The notes under the pieces are model-generated. The model was given only the letters and a program-made list of their open reading frames with translations, was not told the DNA's origin and did not search any database. Shown piece by piece: positions 1 to 14,534 of a stretch of DNA of 64,000 nucleotides (the first letter of the stretch is position 1; each line of letters begins with the position of its first letter). The translations under genes and the position numbers were made by a program. The stretch comes from Eledone cirrhosa (lineage: Eukaryota): positions 77,624,001 through 77,688,000 of the forward strand of contig OZ024740.1 in NCBI GenBank assembly GCA_964016885.1, read 5' to 3'.

Positions 1-146
1 TCGTAAAACCAGTGGTGATTTCGGCGGTGGTTATCAAAAGAGTAAATAGTTGTTAACATCAGTGTAACAGTTAACATAGGTATATCAATATTAACTAAGG
101 TTAATATTAATATACCTATAAATTTATACATAATTTTGATGCGAAC

Positions 147-420
147 GGAGCATGGTAGTATGGTTAAGAAATTTGTTTTTCAACCATAAAGTTCCAGGCT
201 CGATCTTAGGCAAATGTCATTTACCATAGCCTAGGGAAGACAGAAACTGCTCGGAAGCCCGTTGGATGAACTGTACATGTATTTAAATTGGTTGGCTTTA
301 CCACATATTATATCACGTTGAATCTCTCTCAGAATTACGTTAAGGATGCACATGTTAGTAGAATACTCTACCACTTAATCTAACGAGTCTATTGATCGAA
401 CAACTTAAACATACATCGTC
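147..420 (+). mobile_element. degenerate tRNA-derived SINE remnant
   Basis: A-box-like TGGTAGTATGG, B-box-like segment and a SINE-type body (GGCAAATGTCATTTACCATAGCC); highly diverged; family assignment is inference. Confidence 0.4.
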
Positions 421-1367
421 CACCAACTGAGATTCGGTTATTTGTTGGTTTTGTGTTGAAGTTGAATTGTTTGTTTTGTTCAAAGAAGTGCTGTTACTCT
501 TAGCAAAAGATTTTTAGGGATTTAGTAAATAGGGAGTTGGTCTAAGTGGTGGGGGGAATAAGTGTGTGTGTGGGGGGGGGGGGGAGGGGAGTTGGGTTGG
601 TGGTAAATCAGTAACTTTGCTAGGTTGTCTCCGTTGATTGTTTTAAAAAATCCGAATTCGTGATTTAGTTTACATATTGAGACCCCAACCCGTCCTATTT
701 ATGTTATAACATACGGGATTTCTAGTAATGTAATTTTTTGGTCATGTATAATATTTTTTTTATTGTGTAAAGAAAAAATTAGCCGGGGATAGAACAGCAA
801 GATTGAATAAGCGGCGGGGGGGGGGGGGGGGGTAATAAGAGTAAGGTGGGGTCTAGAAAGAGTCTAAAAAATTAATACGCTGGGGGAGGAGATTCTTCGA
901 GACCCGAAAGAAGATATTTACAATGTACATATGTCAACCACTTGCAAGTAAATTTCGCGAGCATGCTATTCCATTGATCAAATAACTGGAGCACACCAGA
1001 TCGAAACTGACGAAGATCCATTCCATCCCAACTCAATCAATTAATTACATTCTCGCTACTGGGGCAACTAGACGTTGTGTGTGTTTGGTACTATAGACGT
1101 TTAACTGTTTAACATGGCATTTTAATGGGCCTTAGAAATGCTTCTCGGTGTCCATCACCTCTTCAAGTGTTCGTTCTAAACCACTGTGTTGATTAGGTAC
1201 AGAGGCGATAGATTTTGGAGGCCTTTCCTGGTGGTTGTGGGGGCGTTGGCAGTGTTGGATTTTGTGGAAATTTACGCATTTTATTCTGTTCAGTTAATCG
1301 TCAATATATCATGTACCCTCCTACACACACATATGTATATATATAATAATAATACAAGGATGATGTG

Positions 1368-2965
1368 TTAAGCCGTCATTACGTGTATTGGGTGAGCGCA
1401 AATACCTTGGCCATGACCTCGTTCCACCTGGAGGTCTGGACCGAACCAGACCTCGAGCAATTTCACCGGTCCTTCCGTCCAGCGTCCGACGACGCTGTCG
1501 GACGGCATCGGTCTGCCTCTCCACGTTCCGAGTTGCAAACCGACAGACTTGTCCGGGTTCAGTTTTGCTCCTGTGAACCTTTCGTATTCGTGTAGTAGGT
1601 TGCCGATTACCTTGATTTCCGAGGTTTTCGACACCATTACCGTCACGTCGTCGGCATAAGCCGACACCCCTTTTCGCAGAGCGTCCCGTATCTCAGTGGC
1701 TGTGATCGGTCTTTCGCAGAACTCGCCGTCCATGCTCGAGAGACGCAGCAGGCCGTCGAGGTATGAACCAAAGTCCATTGCCCCGTTCGGTGCACCGTCG
1801 TTCTATTTAAACAGTCGCGCAAAGTGCCGCTGAAAGGCCGCGCACATCTGCCTGGGGTCAAGTTGCACTCGTCCGTTTTGGTCTTTCCAAGACCGAATCG
1901 TGGACTTGTTGCCACTTTTCGCTTCCGCCACTCGGGGCCAGCTAACAGCTTTTGCTCCCTCCTTTCCTAGAGCACGTGATTTACTTCTGACCACGCAGCC
2001 TTCGTGTTTCGCGTCGAATAACTGGTCCAGTGTCGTTCTCGATGCTAGCACTCTAGCTGCGTTGCCACTCCTAAGCGCCACTTCTACCTTGGCTACTAGT
2101 TCTGTTTCTGATTTGTTTTTCTCTAAAGCTAATTCTCTGATAAACCCTATCGATTCTACTCTAATTGCTCTTTTGAGAGAGTACCACCATATATTGTTGA
2201 CGATGGCTCCCGTCAACTCTTGCTTAACTAATCTACTTATCCGTTCACTGTAGGCTTTTCGTGCCGTCAACGACACGTTCAGCTTCCAGTATCCGGGTCC
2301 TTGTCTATGTATTCTATCACGGTTGACTATGCAGACGACTAGTTTGTGATCTGAATAGGCAACCATGTGCATTTGTGGACAGCTTAAAATCTTCTTGTCC
2401 TTCTCTCTAATGAAAAGCCTATCTAGATACGGTCTAGATATCCCGCTACGGTTTGCCCACGTCCACTGTGGTGCAGTCGGGAAATCTAGTCGATATCTAT
2501 CGGCCATTTGGAATTGGCTAATTTGATTGTTGAGGCTGTTGCACCCCGCTCTACTGGGACATGCTCCTACATAGTCCCATCATGCATCTAGGATACCATT
2601 CCAGTCTCCCACTAATAGCAATGAGCGAGACGTTCTCAGAAAAGACTCTAGACGCTTAAAGAAGTCTGACCGGATTGTGATTGCCCGGTCGGATCATAAA
2701 CGCCCACCAGTCTGTAGGCTCCACCTCCAATACTGTTCACGTCTAGGACTACCAGGCTACCCTCCGGGTCCAAGTGTACTTCGAGATCCAGGTTTTTCCG
2801 AAACATGGCAGTCGCTTCCCCTCCACCTCCCGGCTGACAGAGAGATGCGTAGATCTCAAAGTCATTAAAGATGGGGGTTAGTTGCTGCCTGTTGTGGATC
2901 CTGGACTCGGTGATCGCTATTACATCCATACCGTGTGACCTAAGGTCGTTTAAAAGTTGGCCTTG
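1368..2965 (-). pseudogene. Tx1/L1-like non-LTR retrotransposon ORF2 remnant (APE endonuclease plus RT C-terminal part)
   Basis: ORFs 2648-3025 and 1803-2507 carry APE motifs (DVIAITES, WTW..LDR, SDHKLV, GPGYWKLN). ORF 1368-1778 has AYADDVTV...YERFTGAKLNPDKS. Frameshifted, with most of the RT deleted internally. Confidence 0.9.
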
Positions 2966-2969
2966 TTTC

Positions 2970-3330
2970 AGATAGATAGATAGATGAGTAGGTAGGTATG
3001 TCGGTTGGTAAGTAGGTTGACACATTAGCTAATAGGTAGAAAACTAGGTAGATAGGTAGGTAGGTAGGTAGGTAGGTTGGTAGGTAGGTAGGTAGGTAAG
3101 TAGGTAGGTATGTATGTAGGTAGGTATGTATGTAGGTAGGTAGGTAGGTAGGTAGGTAGGTAGGTAGGTAGGTAGGTAGGTAGGTAGGTAGGTAGGTAGG
3201 TAGCTAGCTAGCTAGCTAGCTAGCTAGTTAGATAGCTAGGTAGGTAGGTAGGTAGGTAGGTAGGTAGGTAGGTAGGTAGGTAGGTAGCTAGCTAGATAGC
3301 TAGATAGCTAGGTAGGAAGGCAGGCAAGTA
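2970..3330. repeat. (TAGG)n/(TAGC)n tetranucleotide microsatellite
   Basis: direct reading. Confidence 0.95.
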
Positions 3331-3629
3331 CGTAGGCAGATAGACAAACGTGGAATCAAATAGATATCTTTCTTTATTTAGAATCAAATAGATAGATAGA
3401 ACAATGCTATCGTAATTTAGGAGATATAAGTTTGAAACAGATTAAAGAAGATCTGGAAGAAAATTACGGGAACTGTTTTACATGAGTGTAAAACGAAATA
3501 CAACGGAGACCAGAGTGGCCAGACGGAGAGGCCATGAAAATTGAGGATTTACATATCTTTACATAGATACAACTGAAATATTTCTTACTATAAACCCGGT
3601 CATTCTGACGGGTACCATGCTAGAACATG

Positions 3630-3769
<140 letters not shown>

Positions 3770-3882
3770 AGTGTGTGTGGGTGCGTATCCTTGCATACCT
3801 GTAGTGATATTTATAACCAAAATATAAGAAACTACAATATACATACACACACACTCATACACATACACACATACAACAATAT

Positions 3883-3961
<79 letters not shown>

Positions 3962-3966
<5 letters not shown>

Positions 3967-4296
3967 ATATTAAATAAATGGAAACTATATTTATAAAACC
4001 ATATTTATTCTATTATATATATTTCAAGGGTACAAGATAATTCAACTGATAAGGTATGATTTCCTTGGTTATGTCAAAATTTATAAAACACTCTTTCTAT
4101 TTTATCTGATGAAAGCGTACCAAAGTTTTTTGGTAACCTTGAAATATATATAATAGAATAAATATGGTTTTATAAATATAGTTTCCATTTATTTAATATC
4201 ATTGAATATTTACTCCAGAAAAATCTGTCGAGTTCTCTGAATCAGTTATAAACATTTATATTTGTTGTATTTCCAACAAATTAAATATCCCTTCTA

Positions 4297-4300
<4 letters not shown>
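3962..4300 (+). mobile_element. Penelope-like pseudo-LTR fragment with partial inverted repeat, flanked by (TA)n
   Basis: 3962-4033 is the reverse complement of 4133-4204; contains an HHR; second copy at about 31230-31462. Confidence 0.7.
4098..4160 (+). ncRNA. type I minimal hammerhead ribozyme
   Basis: TATTTTAT-CTGATGA-stem II (AAG..TACCAAAG/TTTGGTA..CTT)-GAAA-TATATA-TA-ATAGAATA; 8-bp stem I and palindromic loop III. Confidence 0.75.
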
Positions 4301-4358
<58 letters not shown>

Positions 4359-4438
4359 TATATACCTATATATATATATATATATATATAGGTAAGTTAT
4401 TCCGGGTTGAATCTGAGGTAACCACATATAGAATCTCA

Positions 4439-4497
<59 letters not shown>

Positions 4498-4572
4498 CAA
4501 CTCGTGTGTTACTTCCCTACATTATATATATATATATATATATATATATGCATATGTAATTATATATATATC

Positions 4573-4606
<34 letters not shown>

Positions 4607-4626
4607 GATATATATATAATTACATA

Positions 4627-4692
<66 letters not shown>

Positions 4693-4704
4693 GTAGAATA
4701 TATG

Positions 4705-4805
<101 letters not shown>

Positions 4806-5127
4806 ATATGTAAATATATATATATATATATATCAATTATATATATATATACGCGTATGTATAGATATACGTATGTATACATATAGGGAGAGACGGGGAG
4901 AGAGAAGGAGAAGGAGGAAGAGAGATGAGTGTGGGTGGGTGGGAATACTGACACTACCGACTCTCCACCAGGAACTTCCCGCCCTCACCCTCAAAAGCAC
5001 TCAATGACCGAGTTACTTCCGGCCCCAGTCTCATTACCACATCTTCACATACCCACAATTCACTCCCCTAACTATTCTCTTAACCACATCGACAGTCTCT
5101 CGTTTATTTTATGTGGCTCTGAATGAC

Positions 5128-5192
<65 letters not shown>

Positions 5193-5222
5193 TACATATA
5201 TACATAGAGACAGATAGATTAT

Positions 5223-5254
<32 letters not shown>

Positions 5255-5279
5255 CAGATAGATAGATAGATAGATATGT

Positions 5280-6200
5280 TTCTTTATTAGCCACGGGGGC
5301 ACAAAAGAAGGGGACAAATACAAAGGGGGAAGTTTACATACAATAAAAACGTGTAAAATGTTATCACAAATGCAATTTAAAAAATTAGTCGATTTTCCCC
5401 AATAGGGGGAGACATTACATATGGGTAACACATACCTCCGAAAAAATGTGCAACCCTCATCTCCAGGAGTACGAAGAGTTTGTACTCCTTTCCTCTCCTC
5501 CTCCTTTTCCTCAACCTACAGGCTGATATAGAGAGAAGGCCCATTCACTCGGGCCATTGTCGCCACTTTCATCCACCTTTCATAAAACTTGCTGGGGTAC
5601 AGCACCTCTCTCTCCATCCTGATTCTTCTTTCAAAGTGGTATTTGAAAAAAAGAATCAGTTGTTGGCCGGAGAGAAAGGTGTCTGACCTCAACCCTTTCA
5701 ACCTTGTCCACCATACAACCTCTTTCGCCATAGCTATCACACAAAGGAAACCCGCCTCTCCTTCGTTTTTGAAGGAGGGTGGCGGTTTGATCATGACAAT
5801 GGACTCGGTGGTCAACCGGATTGGTCCCACTCGCGACAATAGTCGTTCTACATAGCCCCACAGGTCGGTAACGTCCGGGTAGTGTACAAATGCGTGCGCG
5901 ACGGTTTCCTCGTCGCGCACTCATCTCGGACAGATCTTTTTCGAAGGCTCCCTACCCGGGCGCCCGTGTCTGTAGAGCTTGTCTCGAACTGGTAGAGCTC
6001 CTCGGTAGCACTGCCAGGCCAGGGACTTTTGGAAGTTGTCCATTGGTCCCGGGCGGAAGGTCCTACCGAACAGACTGGCCAGTTCGTCCTCCTCTACGCC
6101 TAGAGTTTCTCTGAGCGTGTCGTCGCACTTGCTGCGGACCAACCCTCTATAGAATGTCGAAGTGGAGTCTCCACTGATCGCCGGGTCCGTTTGCCAGAGG
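5280..6200 (-). pseudogene. 3' end of a Tx1/L1-like LINE (RT-associated zinc-knuckle region plus 3' UTR)
   Basis: ORFs 5921-6253 and 5516-5920: AWQCYRGALPV...CPR / EETVAHAFVH.P..LW...W..R, typical of the zf-RVT C-terminus. Confidence 0.8.
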
Positions 6201-6202
6201 AT

Positions 6203-6243
<41 letters not shown>

Positions 6244-6297
6244 AAATGTACAATTGTTAGTGTTGTAGATTTCTGTGGATGATAATGATGAAAATTG

Positions 6298-6470
6298 TAT
6301 CTACTTTTGGCACAAGGCCAGCAAATACCCAGTACATTACTGGTACTTTATTTTATCTACCCCGTAAGGATGAAAGGTAAAGTTAACCTCAGCGGGATTT
6401 GAACTCAGACCGTAAAGGGACGTAACTATGCTAGAAACCATGGCGTCCAACCCTCTACCGATACTGCCAA
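6298..6470 (-). mobile_element. tRNA-derived SINE, family 1
   Basis: minus strand has A-box TGGCAGTATCGG, B-box GAGTTCAAATCC and core CCTTTCATCCTTACGGGGT.GATAAAATAAAGTACCAG; at least 11 further copies in the window. Confidence 0.85.
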
Positions 6471-6689
6471 ATGATGATAATGATGGTGACCCTAGTGGAT
6501 TGCGATGGTAGTTCAGCGTGGTAATGGTGATATTGGCACTGGTAATTGTCACCATGATTGTAATGATAATATATATGGTGGTTATTGTGATAGTGATGAT
6601 GATGTGAGTGTTGATAGTGATGATGATGAAAATGCGGCTTGTAATTTAACATCACGAACGAGAGGGTCCACAAAACAATCACCCAGCAC

Positions 6690-6990
6690 TTTGAAGATCT
6701 GAAGATCTCCTGATCACGGTGAAGAAGCGGAAGCTGAGGTGGTATGGGCATATGTAATAAGTTCGGGTGGAGTCTCTAAGACAATTCTCCAAGGAACAGT
6801 GCGGGGAAAGAGAAGGCGGAGCAGACAGAGGAAACGAAGGACAGACAACATCGCTGAATGGACGGGAAATAACTTTGCCACAACCCAGGCACTCACCCAT
6901 GACCGCCAGAGGTGGAGACAGTTGGTGCAGCGTTCAACACTGCAGTGTCCCAACGACCCCGAAAAGGGTTAAGGAACCATGATGATGATG
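6690..6990 (+). mobile_element. RTE-clade LINE 3' end
   Basis: SKTILQGTVRGKRRRSRQRKR.TDNIAEWTG...DRQRWRQLV followed by a (GAT)n tail; short terminal copy also at about 27408-27450. Confidence 0.8.
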
Positions 6991-7177
6991 GTGATGATCT
7001 ACTGTGGTCGTGATCATAATACAGCTGGTGGCTATGACGAGATGCTAGTGTTGATAATAATGGTGATAATGATTATGGTGTGGCTGATGAAAATGATGAT
7101 AGTGATTGTGTTGATATTGGTGATGATGATGACGATGATGACTATGGTTTCGATGTTGGTATTAGTAATTATAATGA

Positions 7178-7593
7178 TTTCTAGTATAGGCACAAGGCCA
7201 GTAATTTGGAGGTGGGGGAGTCGATTAAATCGATCCCAGTGCATTACTGGTACTTTATTTTATCGACCCCGTAAGGATGAAAGGCAAAGTTAACCTCGGC
7301 AGGATTTGAACTTAGATCATAAAGGGCCGTAACTCTTTGCTGCAAAGCATGGCGTCCGACCCTCTACCGATACTGCCAATCCACCACTCTTGGTATTAGT
7401 AATTATAATTGTTTCTACTTTTGGCACAAGGCCAGCAATTACCCAGTGCATTACTGGTACTTTATTTTATCGACCCCGTAAGGATGAAAGGCAAAGTTAA
7501 CCTCAGCGGGATTTGAACTCAGATCATAAAGGGCCGTAACTCTTTGCTGCAAAGCATGGTGTCCGACCCTCTACTGATACTGCCAATCCACCG
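7178..7593 (-). mobile_element. two tandem family-1 SINE copies
   Basis: 7178-7390 and 7408-7593 match the SINE consensus. Confidence 0.85.
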
Positions 7594-8595
7594 TAATTAT
7601 AATGATAGAGATGTAGTCATTGATAACGGTGTTGATAATAGTGTCTGTGTTACTGATATATCTTGAACCACACTATACAATGTGCTGTTTCATTTTACAC
7701 AGGTAGGTTTTGCATTGAGTGAGATATGACTGTTATTTCTAGCAAGTTGGTAAACCATATAGAGGCTCCTGTGGTGGTTTATTAGTCCTCCAACTCACAA
7801 CTAAGTGAGATACATAAATTCATTGCATCAGATATTTTATGTTCACAACTACATGAAAATCTCTGGGATACTGTGTGAAAATCTGGAAATACTGCACATT
7901 ATCTAATGTCTATTGGACAGCTGACAAACCTATGGCAAGCGTGCCAAAGGTGGCACGCGAAATTATTTTATTAGCACGTGGAAGATAACATCTTTTTAGT
8001 GATATTATTTTTTAAAATCTGCACCCTTTAATTTATCAGCAGTCAACTCTAAGATGCATGTGTGAGCTCAGTGATACAATGCCTTAAACAAAGGCCACCA
8101 ATAGATGGCAGTAATCTACTATATAAATTGGAAGTGGTCGGACGTTGTATATTTAAGTAAGTAGGTGTAGTCGGATAAACGTCGAAACGGCTTGGTGGAA
8201 TGCAGCGAAAATTTACACAGTTATGCAGAATGACCCGAGGAGGCGTTGGGTCGACTTTTGGTTCGTGAAGACGTTCCCTCGTAATGAACGGGGAAAAAAG
8301 CGAGGATAATACGTCGTTATGTGGAGCGTGAAGAACAATTTCATGCAAAGACAAGACCAAGTTTATGGTATAAATGGAGTCGTTAGACTAATATTCTATT
8401 TAAAATAACAGAATGATTTCCAGCCCCGGAGTTTAAGAATGATGTAAATAAAATCGAAAACGAAAATGACAGAGGTTATTAAAATAGTAAAAGTAAATAG
8501 TGAAGATTTAGGCCAGTACATCCGTATGCCCCGACGGACATACACATACATACGCACACACAAATACATGCCCCCCCACACACACACACACACAA

Positions 8596-8652
<57 letters not shown>

Positions 8653-8689
8653 CGCGCGCGTGTATAAACCTTATGCATTTCTACAGTAT

Positions 8690-9096
8690 TTTCACCAAAC
8701 TTAAGACATAGGTTACTTATGTACTCCAGATGGTCATGGGCACTGTCATTTTTCCAGATATTGATTACAGGGCCTCCCGGCAGATAACCCCCTTTAACCA
8801 CTTCCTTGGAGTCGACTGAAGCACTGCAGTGCAATGCAACAAAACGTCATAACTTCTGGAGTTCGCAACCGATTTTCACAAAACTTGACACATGGGCTAC
8901 GTTTGTCCTACAGATGAATGTGAACTCTCAGAATTGGCACATATTGAGTAGGGGACCCTTGGGGGCAGGAACCCTCTTTTGGAAAAAGCCGATGATTTTG
9001 TAAAAGTATAGTTTTCGAAGTAGCACTGAAGTATTGACATAAATGGTATACACAACTGCTATTTAATACCCGAGCAACGCCGGGTACCTCTGCTAG
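8690..9096 (+). mobile_element. non-autonomous Helitron-like element (3' end)
   Basis: terminal hairpin ACCCG-AGCAACGC-CGGGT followed by CTAG|T at 9093-9097; a Helitron-type 5' end (TCTATATATATATAAAG...) follows immediately; 5' boundary approximate. Confidence 0.55.
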
Positions 9097-9440
9097 TCTA
9101 TATATATATATAAAGTTGAAGTTCCTGTCTTTGTTTGTTTATTTATTCACGAACTCCTCCTATGGTTTTGGAGATAGACCCCCATAACCATATATATTCT
9201 GAAACTACATTGCCCAAGGTACTTGGATAAGTATATTTCATTTTAATCAAAGGGTTCTCCGGGGGCACAAACCCCTGCTAAAACCCCCGTCGAAAATGTT
9301 TTCCTTTCGATTTATATGAAATTTAAACCATAAGTAAATGACAAGACTTGGTAGAAATATCCAAGATATAGAGCTATTAAGGCTGTAAGGTAGAACTGCT
9401 CAGTAAATATAGTTAGCATACTGTTATAGGCACGTATTCT

Positions 9441-10610
9441 TCATTGACCATACTGAAATATGGAATGATACGCTATGCAACCACCACCCACCCCCACCCC
9501 AGCCCCGGCGGACAGGATGGAGAAGGCGTTTCCGGGGAGGACGGCAAGGAAGACGCTCTGGAAAAGCCACTCCAACTCGCGGGGCTCACACCTGCAGCTG
9601 GTCAGCTCAGCGCCTATGGTAGTGAGTAGGGAGGTAGCCCTAGGGCCGAGGACACCAGAAGTCTCAACTGTCAGGGGTACAACCGCAAACCTGTCGGAGA
9701 GCGACCGGTATTTGAGGATTTTGGCCTCCTCAGCCCGACGTGCAGCAGAACCTGGGTTAGTCGCAGAAAGTGTCGGTGCAAATAGCATGCCAGACGAGGG
9801 GTTTGCCACCGTGGAACGGAAAGATGGTCATGCCATCTAGCCTTTTGCCGCCCTCTCGGTCCAGCACCACCCCAGCTCGAGCTGGGAAGAGAAGCCCGCA
9901 GAGTCCAAGCCATGCTTAATGACCTCGTTGAGGGCAGCATGGCGTGGAAGGCGGCCGGCACTGTGGCGACAGGAAAGCGGGTGGAGGCCAAAGAGCCCAC
10001 GGTGGATCTGCAGCGACATTGGTGTGGATCGCAGATCCGGAGGCCGAGCCGAAAGGAAACACCGATGCGCAGGCTATTGTTTTCTAGCTGCGTGCCAGTG
10101 GAGAAGAAGGGCAGGGCATGGAGCCAGGCACCACTGTGGGTTTGGAGGCCGCACGAAAACAGGCAAGGCGGTGCTCGCCGAGCTGGCGCGTGAGACTGTC
10201 TGAGGCCAGGCTGCACTGGAGAGATGTGTGGGTGTAGCCCGGAACGCTGCGAAGGGTATAGAGGAGCTTCGGCATGGCGAAGCAGTTCCTCAACGGAAAG
10301 AGAGCTGGGTGGCCGTCGATCAAACCCAGTCGGCTCGTGAGAGTCTGGAGTTGTTGAAGTCTAGGCCTGATGGTGGAGCGGATGGCCGCCGGGTGGATCG
10401 GTGACCCGAGGATGAGGACATCCTCTTTGGGGGTCACCTGTACCTGGTGGAGAATGAACCACACGTCCGAGACGGAGGCTGCAAAGCTCTCAGCATCGTG
10501 GCTGACATTCACCGACTTGGCCGAGTTGACCTGGAGGCCGATTCCCGCCAGGGCAGGAACCACCGATTGTAGGTAATGGCAAACAGTCTGTACGGGAAGG
10601 CCAATCTCGC
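9441..10610 (-). pseudogene. CRE-like non-LTR retrotransposon 3' part (RT C-terminus, zinc knuckle, RLE endonuclease)
   Basis: [64 protein letters not shown]; frameshifted. Confidence 0.85.
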
Positions 10611-10669
10611 CAACAAATAAATACAGTGGGGGTGCCAGTGGTGATGGCGAATGATCGCCGATTGAGTGT

Positions 10670-11130
10670 CAGGATAATTGCAGAAGAAACGAGCTTAGAT
10701 AAAAATGCAATTCACAGAATTTTGACAGACCATTTTGCACATGTGAAAAATTTGCCTGTGGAGTAAAAAGCGAACCAGTTGCAATTGTGTCAGGATTTGC
10801 TAGAAAGTCTCGAATTTTAGTCAGATTTCTTGGATAAAGTAATAACATGGGATGAATCATGGGTGTTCGAGTACCACCCAGTGGCAGATTGGCAAAGTAA
10901 GGAGAGGTAGACGAATGATTCTCCGTAGAAAGGACGCAGGAGCAGATCCAGGGAGAAAACGATGATTACCATTTTTTTCGACAGCCGCAGTATTCTTCAC
11001 AAAGACCCCCCCCCCCCCCCCCCGGACAGACACAATTAATTGTACCTTCTACAAAGACGACGTCTTGGAACGAATTCGAAAACAGATCCAGTGAGTCCGA
11101 AAGACATCACAGAAGATTGGGTACTGCACT
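10670..11130 (+). pseudogene. mariner-type transposase fragment
   Basis: manual translation gives VITWDESWVFEYHP and KTMITIFFDSRSILHKD, DDD-domain motifs. Confidence 0.7.
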
Positions 11131-11139
11131 ACTTTTGGG

Positions 11140-12420
11140 ACAAACCTTGTAAACAAAACCAAAATCAGGAGAACCTAAACAAGTTCAAATGAAAGAAAAG
11201 GTTAGAAAAGAACATTGTAGGCGAGTGCGACCTATTTTAAACACAGAGTATCTGCTATAAATAGCTTATCAGTACCTGTTGTTCAGTGTGGCTTTAACAT
11301 AATTAACAGGACAGTACAAGAATGGATACTAAATCTCGTAAACTTCTCAGATGGCAATGTATGCATCACTCTTAAGCGGACGTTGAGCGACTCTACCTGC
11401 CCAGATCTGAAAGAAGAATAGGTCTAATCCACTTTAAACTGACTTACAAAGCAACAACAATTGTTCTGAAGCAATATCTTGAAGCAATCAATGATTGGGT
11501 GATTCAGGTAGTAAAATAACAGAAATTCAACATAAGGCTTTATTCAGCGATAAAAGAAAACATCAAATATGAACGGGAAATAAATCTGAACACAGTTGTG
11601 ACACACGAAACTCTTCTTTCCCCAACAGTGGCTGCAAAGGTCAACAATCAAAAGCAAAGGAAGCAACCTTTCAGAAGATAAAGGCAAAATGCCAAAATAA
11701 ACTTCTACATGACCAGTACTTGACTTGAACCATGCAAGCCGGCGTAAATAAAATCCCGACACATCAATGTCTGCGCAGTTCAGGTCTGAAAGCTGAAACA
11801 GAAAGTCTCATACTAACTGTACAAGAATAATACCTTGCCACAAAACATTATCAGGCAGACGTATTGGGAAAAATAATGGTCCAAAGCAGGTTCTGCGACA
11901 GAAATACTGAAACAGTAGATCACCTAATATCTGCCTAAACCACCTTAGCGCTGTCTGAATACAAAACAAACGTGACCTGGGCAGTAAATCCACTGGAAAA
12001 TATGTACATTCTATGAAAACGAAACAAGGAAAGACTGGTATCAACACCATCCAGATCCGGTAACAGAAATTGGTAATGTCATAATACTGTAGGATTTCAC
12101 AATAGACCAGATATTATAATAAAAGATAAAAACAAGAAAATGTGCTTTGTGATAGACATGGCATTACCTGCTGATTGCAATGTGCCTTTTAAGATATTTG
12201 AAAAATATTTAACGTACAAGGATCTTGAAATAAAGGTTTTTAAAATGTTGGGTATAAAAACAATCAATATTCCAGTTATAGTTGGACAACTGGGCTTGAT
12301 AAGAAAGGAAACTGACAAATCTTTGGATCATATACCAGGTGAATAATGTATAAAAGAAATTCAGAAAATCGTATTGACTAGTACTGCCCACATTTTGCGA
12401 AGCGCATTGTCAATGTGATT
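11140..12420 (+). pseudogene. R4/Dong-like RLE non-LTR retrotransposon remnant
   Basis: manual translation gives RLYLPRSE..IGL, ETVDHLISA and RPDIIIKDKNKKMCFVIDMALPADCN..EK..YKDL (ORF 12140-12346). Confidence 0.8.
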
Positions 12421-12835
12421 TTGAGAAAGTAAATCACCTTGTATGTGAGATATCCATAAACAAAACGCGTTGTATGTGACATATCCTTGAACCAAAGGTT
12501 GTACTTAATTATATTTCGTATTCAATTCCGGCTTTAAATATGCATACATTTGTAAAAAGAATGTATAACCTGTAAATACTCTAATTGATGTTACTAACTA
12601 TTTGTATCTGTAAATATTGTATAAACACTTTTTGAGTCTATGAATATTCTCTGTGTGTGCTTGTGCCTGTTCATGTGTATGAGTGCATAGGATGCATTGT
12701 TACTTACTTTCTCAAATTCTCAACAAAATACAGTCATTTATCTATGGCGCTGAGAAGAAATGCATCATAACAAACTATCACCCACCCCAGACCCAACGTT
12801 GAGACTCGGTAGGATGTATGTGAATGTACAGATAT

Positions 12836-12928
<93 letters not shown>

Positions 12929-13144
12929 TACAAATCCCTACAAAGGCTCCAAGCGGTTGCGGCTTGTGTGTTCAGCAGCCATACACGGGTTGAAAATCCG
13001 CTCGGTGAAATGTGCGTCCTCCGGTATTGTTTGCTAATTTGTTGTGGAACTAACTCTATACTGAACTCGTCCTCTTCACTGAGTGCTCTACTTACTACGG
13101 ATATAACCTTCCGGCTTTTTACCTCTCTCTTTCTCTCTCTCTCG

Positions 13145-13181
<37 letters not shown>

Positions 13182-13310
13182 ATCTTTGTGTGTTGGTATT
13201 TTAACGATAGTTATAGCTCTGATTTATCTAAATTATTGAGCCCTCTGCCACTCATGTCGAATTTTGTTTATCGTGAACTCGTGCGCCGATTTTTCGATAC
13301 TCGATTATTC

Positions 13311-13389
<79 letters not shown>

Positions 13390-13476
13390 GGAAAAATTTG
13401 AACAGGGACAAAACAGAGAGGCAGTACAACGAATGTTTATTAATTTCACGCTCTGGAGAGTGGGGTGTTGGTGGGG

Positions 13477-13510
13477 GACGACGTTTCGGACATAAGCCCT
13501 TCCTCAGGTG
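13477..13510 (-). ncRNA. minimal hammerhead-like motif in a Penelope-like fragment (about 13390-13910)
   Basis: minus strand CAC-CTGAGGA-A-GGGC-TTAT-GTCC-GAAA-CG-TC-GT; stem I only 2 bp; degenerate relative at about 31603-31640. Confidence 0.5.
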
Positions 13511-14534
13511 AGAAGTGTGTGGGAACAGAGTTCAAAGGGTGTGTAGGGGAGTGGTGGAGAGACATATAGCGAAAGGAAACGGTGCGAATGAAAAAAATAA
13601 AAATAAAAATAAAGCATGATCAAAATAAAATGAAATGAAATAAATTTAAATATAAAAGCATGATCAAAATAAACTGAAATTAAAAGGGGGGTAAAACAGG
13701 TGGTGGAAGGGTGTGGGGTGTGTAGGGGTGGTGGCGGGTGGAGTGGGGAGAGGGAGACGGGTGTCCGAGCGGGGAGGGCTGAAGGTGGTGTGTGTGTGTA
13801 GGTGTACGTGTGTGTGTGTGTGTATTTGTATGTGAAAGTAAGGGTTGGGGGAAGAACGGGGTTGCATGTTCAGGAAGAGGTGTGTGTGTGTGGGGGGGGG
13901 GGACAACCTTATATATATATATATATATAAGGTTTGATTAAAATAACAGGAGGCCGGACTAGTGACGTTCCTTGAAAGCTTTATTGTTCCAAAAACACTA
14001 TGTATATTTCAATGGCCTGGTTACGTAAGATTCTGACGACCATTCCTGCTCCAACCACAGGATTCAACATCAACGATGGATGAGTTGCGTAACGTAGAGT
14101 GCTTTCCCTACTATTACATCGTGATTGAATAAACGGAATGACAAGTGCTATCCAGTGGTGAACCACTAAACATAAATGTATATATATATATATACCTTCG
14201 CATAAACACATATGGATATAAATACCTATACACCCACCCAGACATGTCTACTTGTATTCTCTACTTGTACATCAGTCGAAATGAAAAATCATTTGAAACT
14301 ATTAGAATATTCGTTATGTAACTTTGCTTCTCCACTTATACTAGACGTCTTCCGGTCATGTGATTTCCTTCATTCTCTCACAGTATAACGTCAATGGCAT
14401 CAAGTGTCACTTGTGGAAGAAACGATCCACTACAAGATCATTCATAAAAAACATCGCTTTGCGTGGGAGACGTTTGTTTTGTAACCAAACGTTTCTTTTT
14501 TATGAATCTACTCTAGTATTCTAGCATTGCATAC

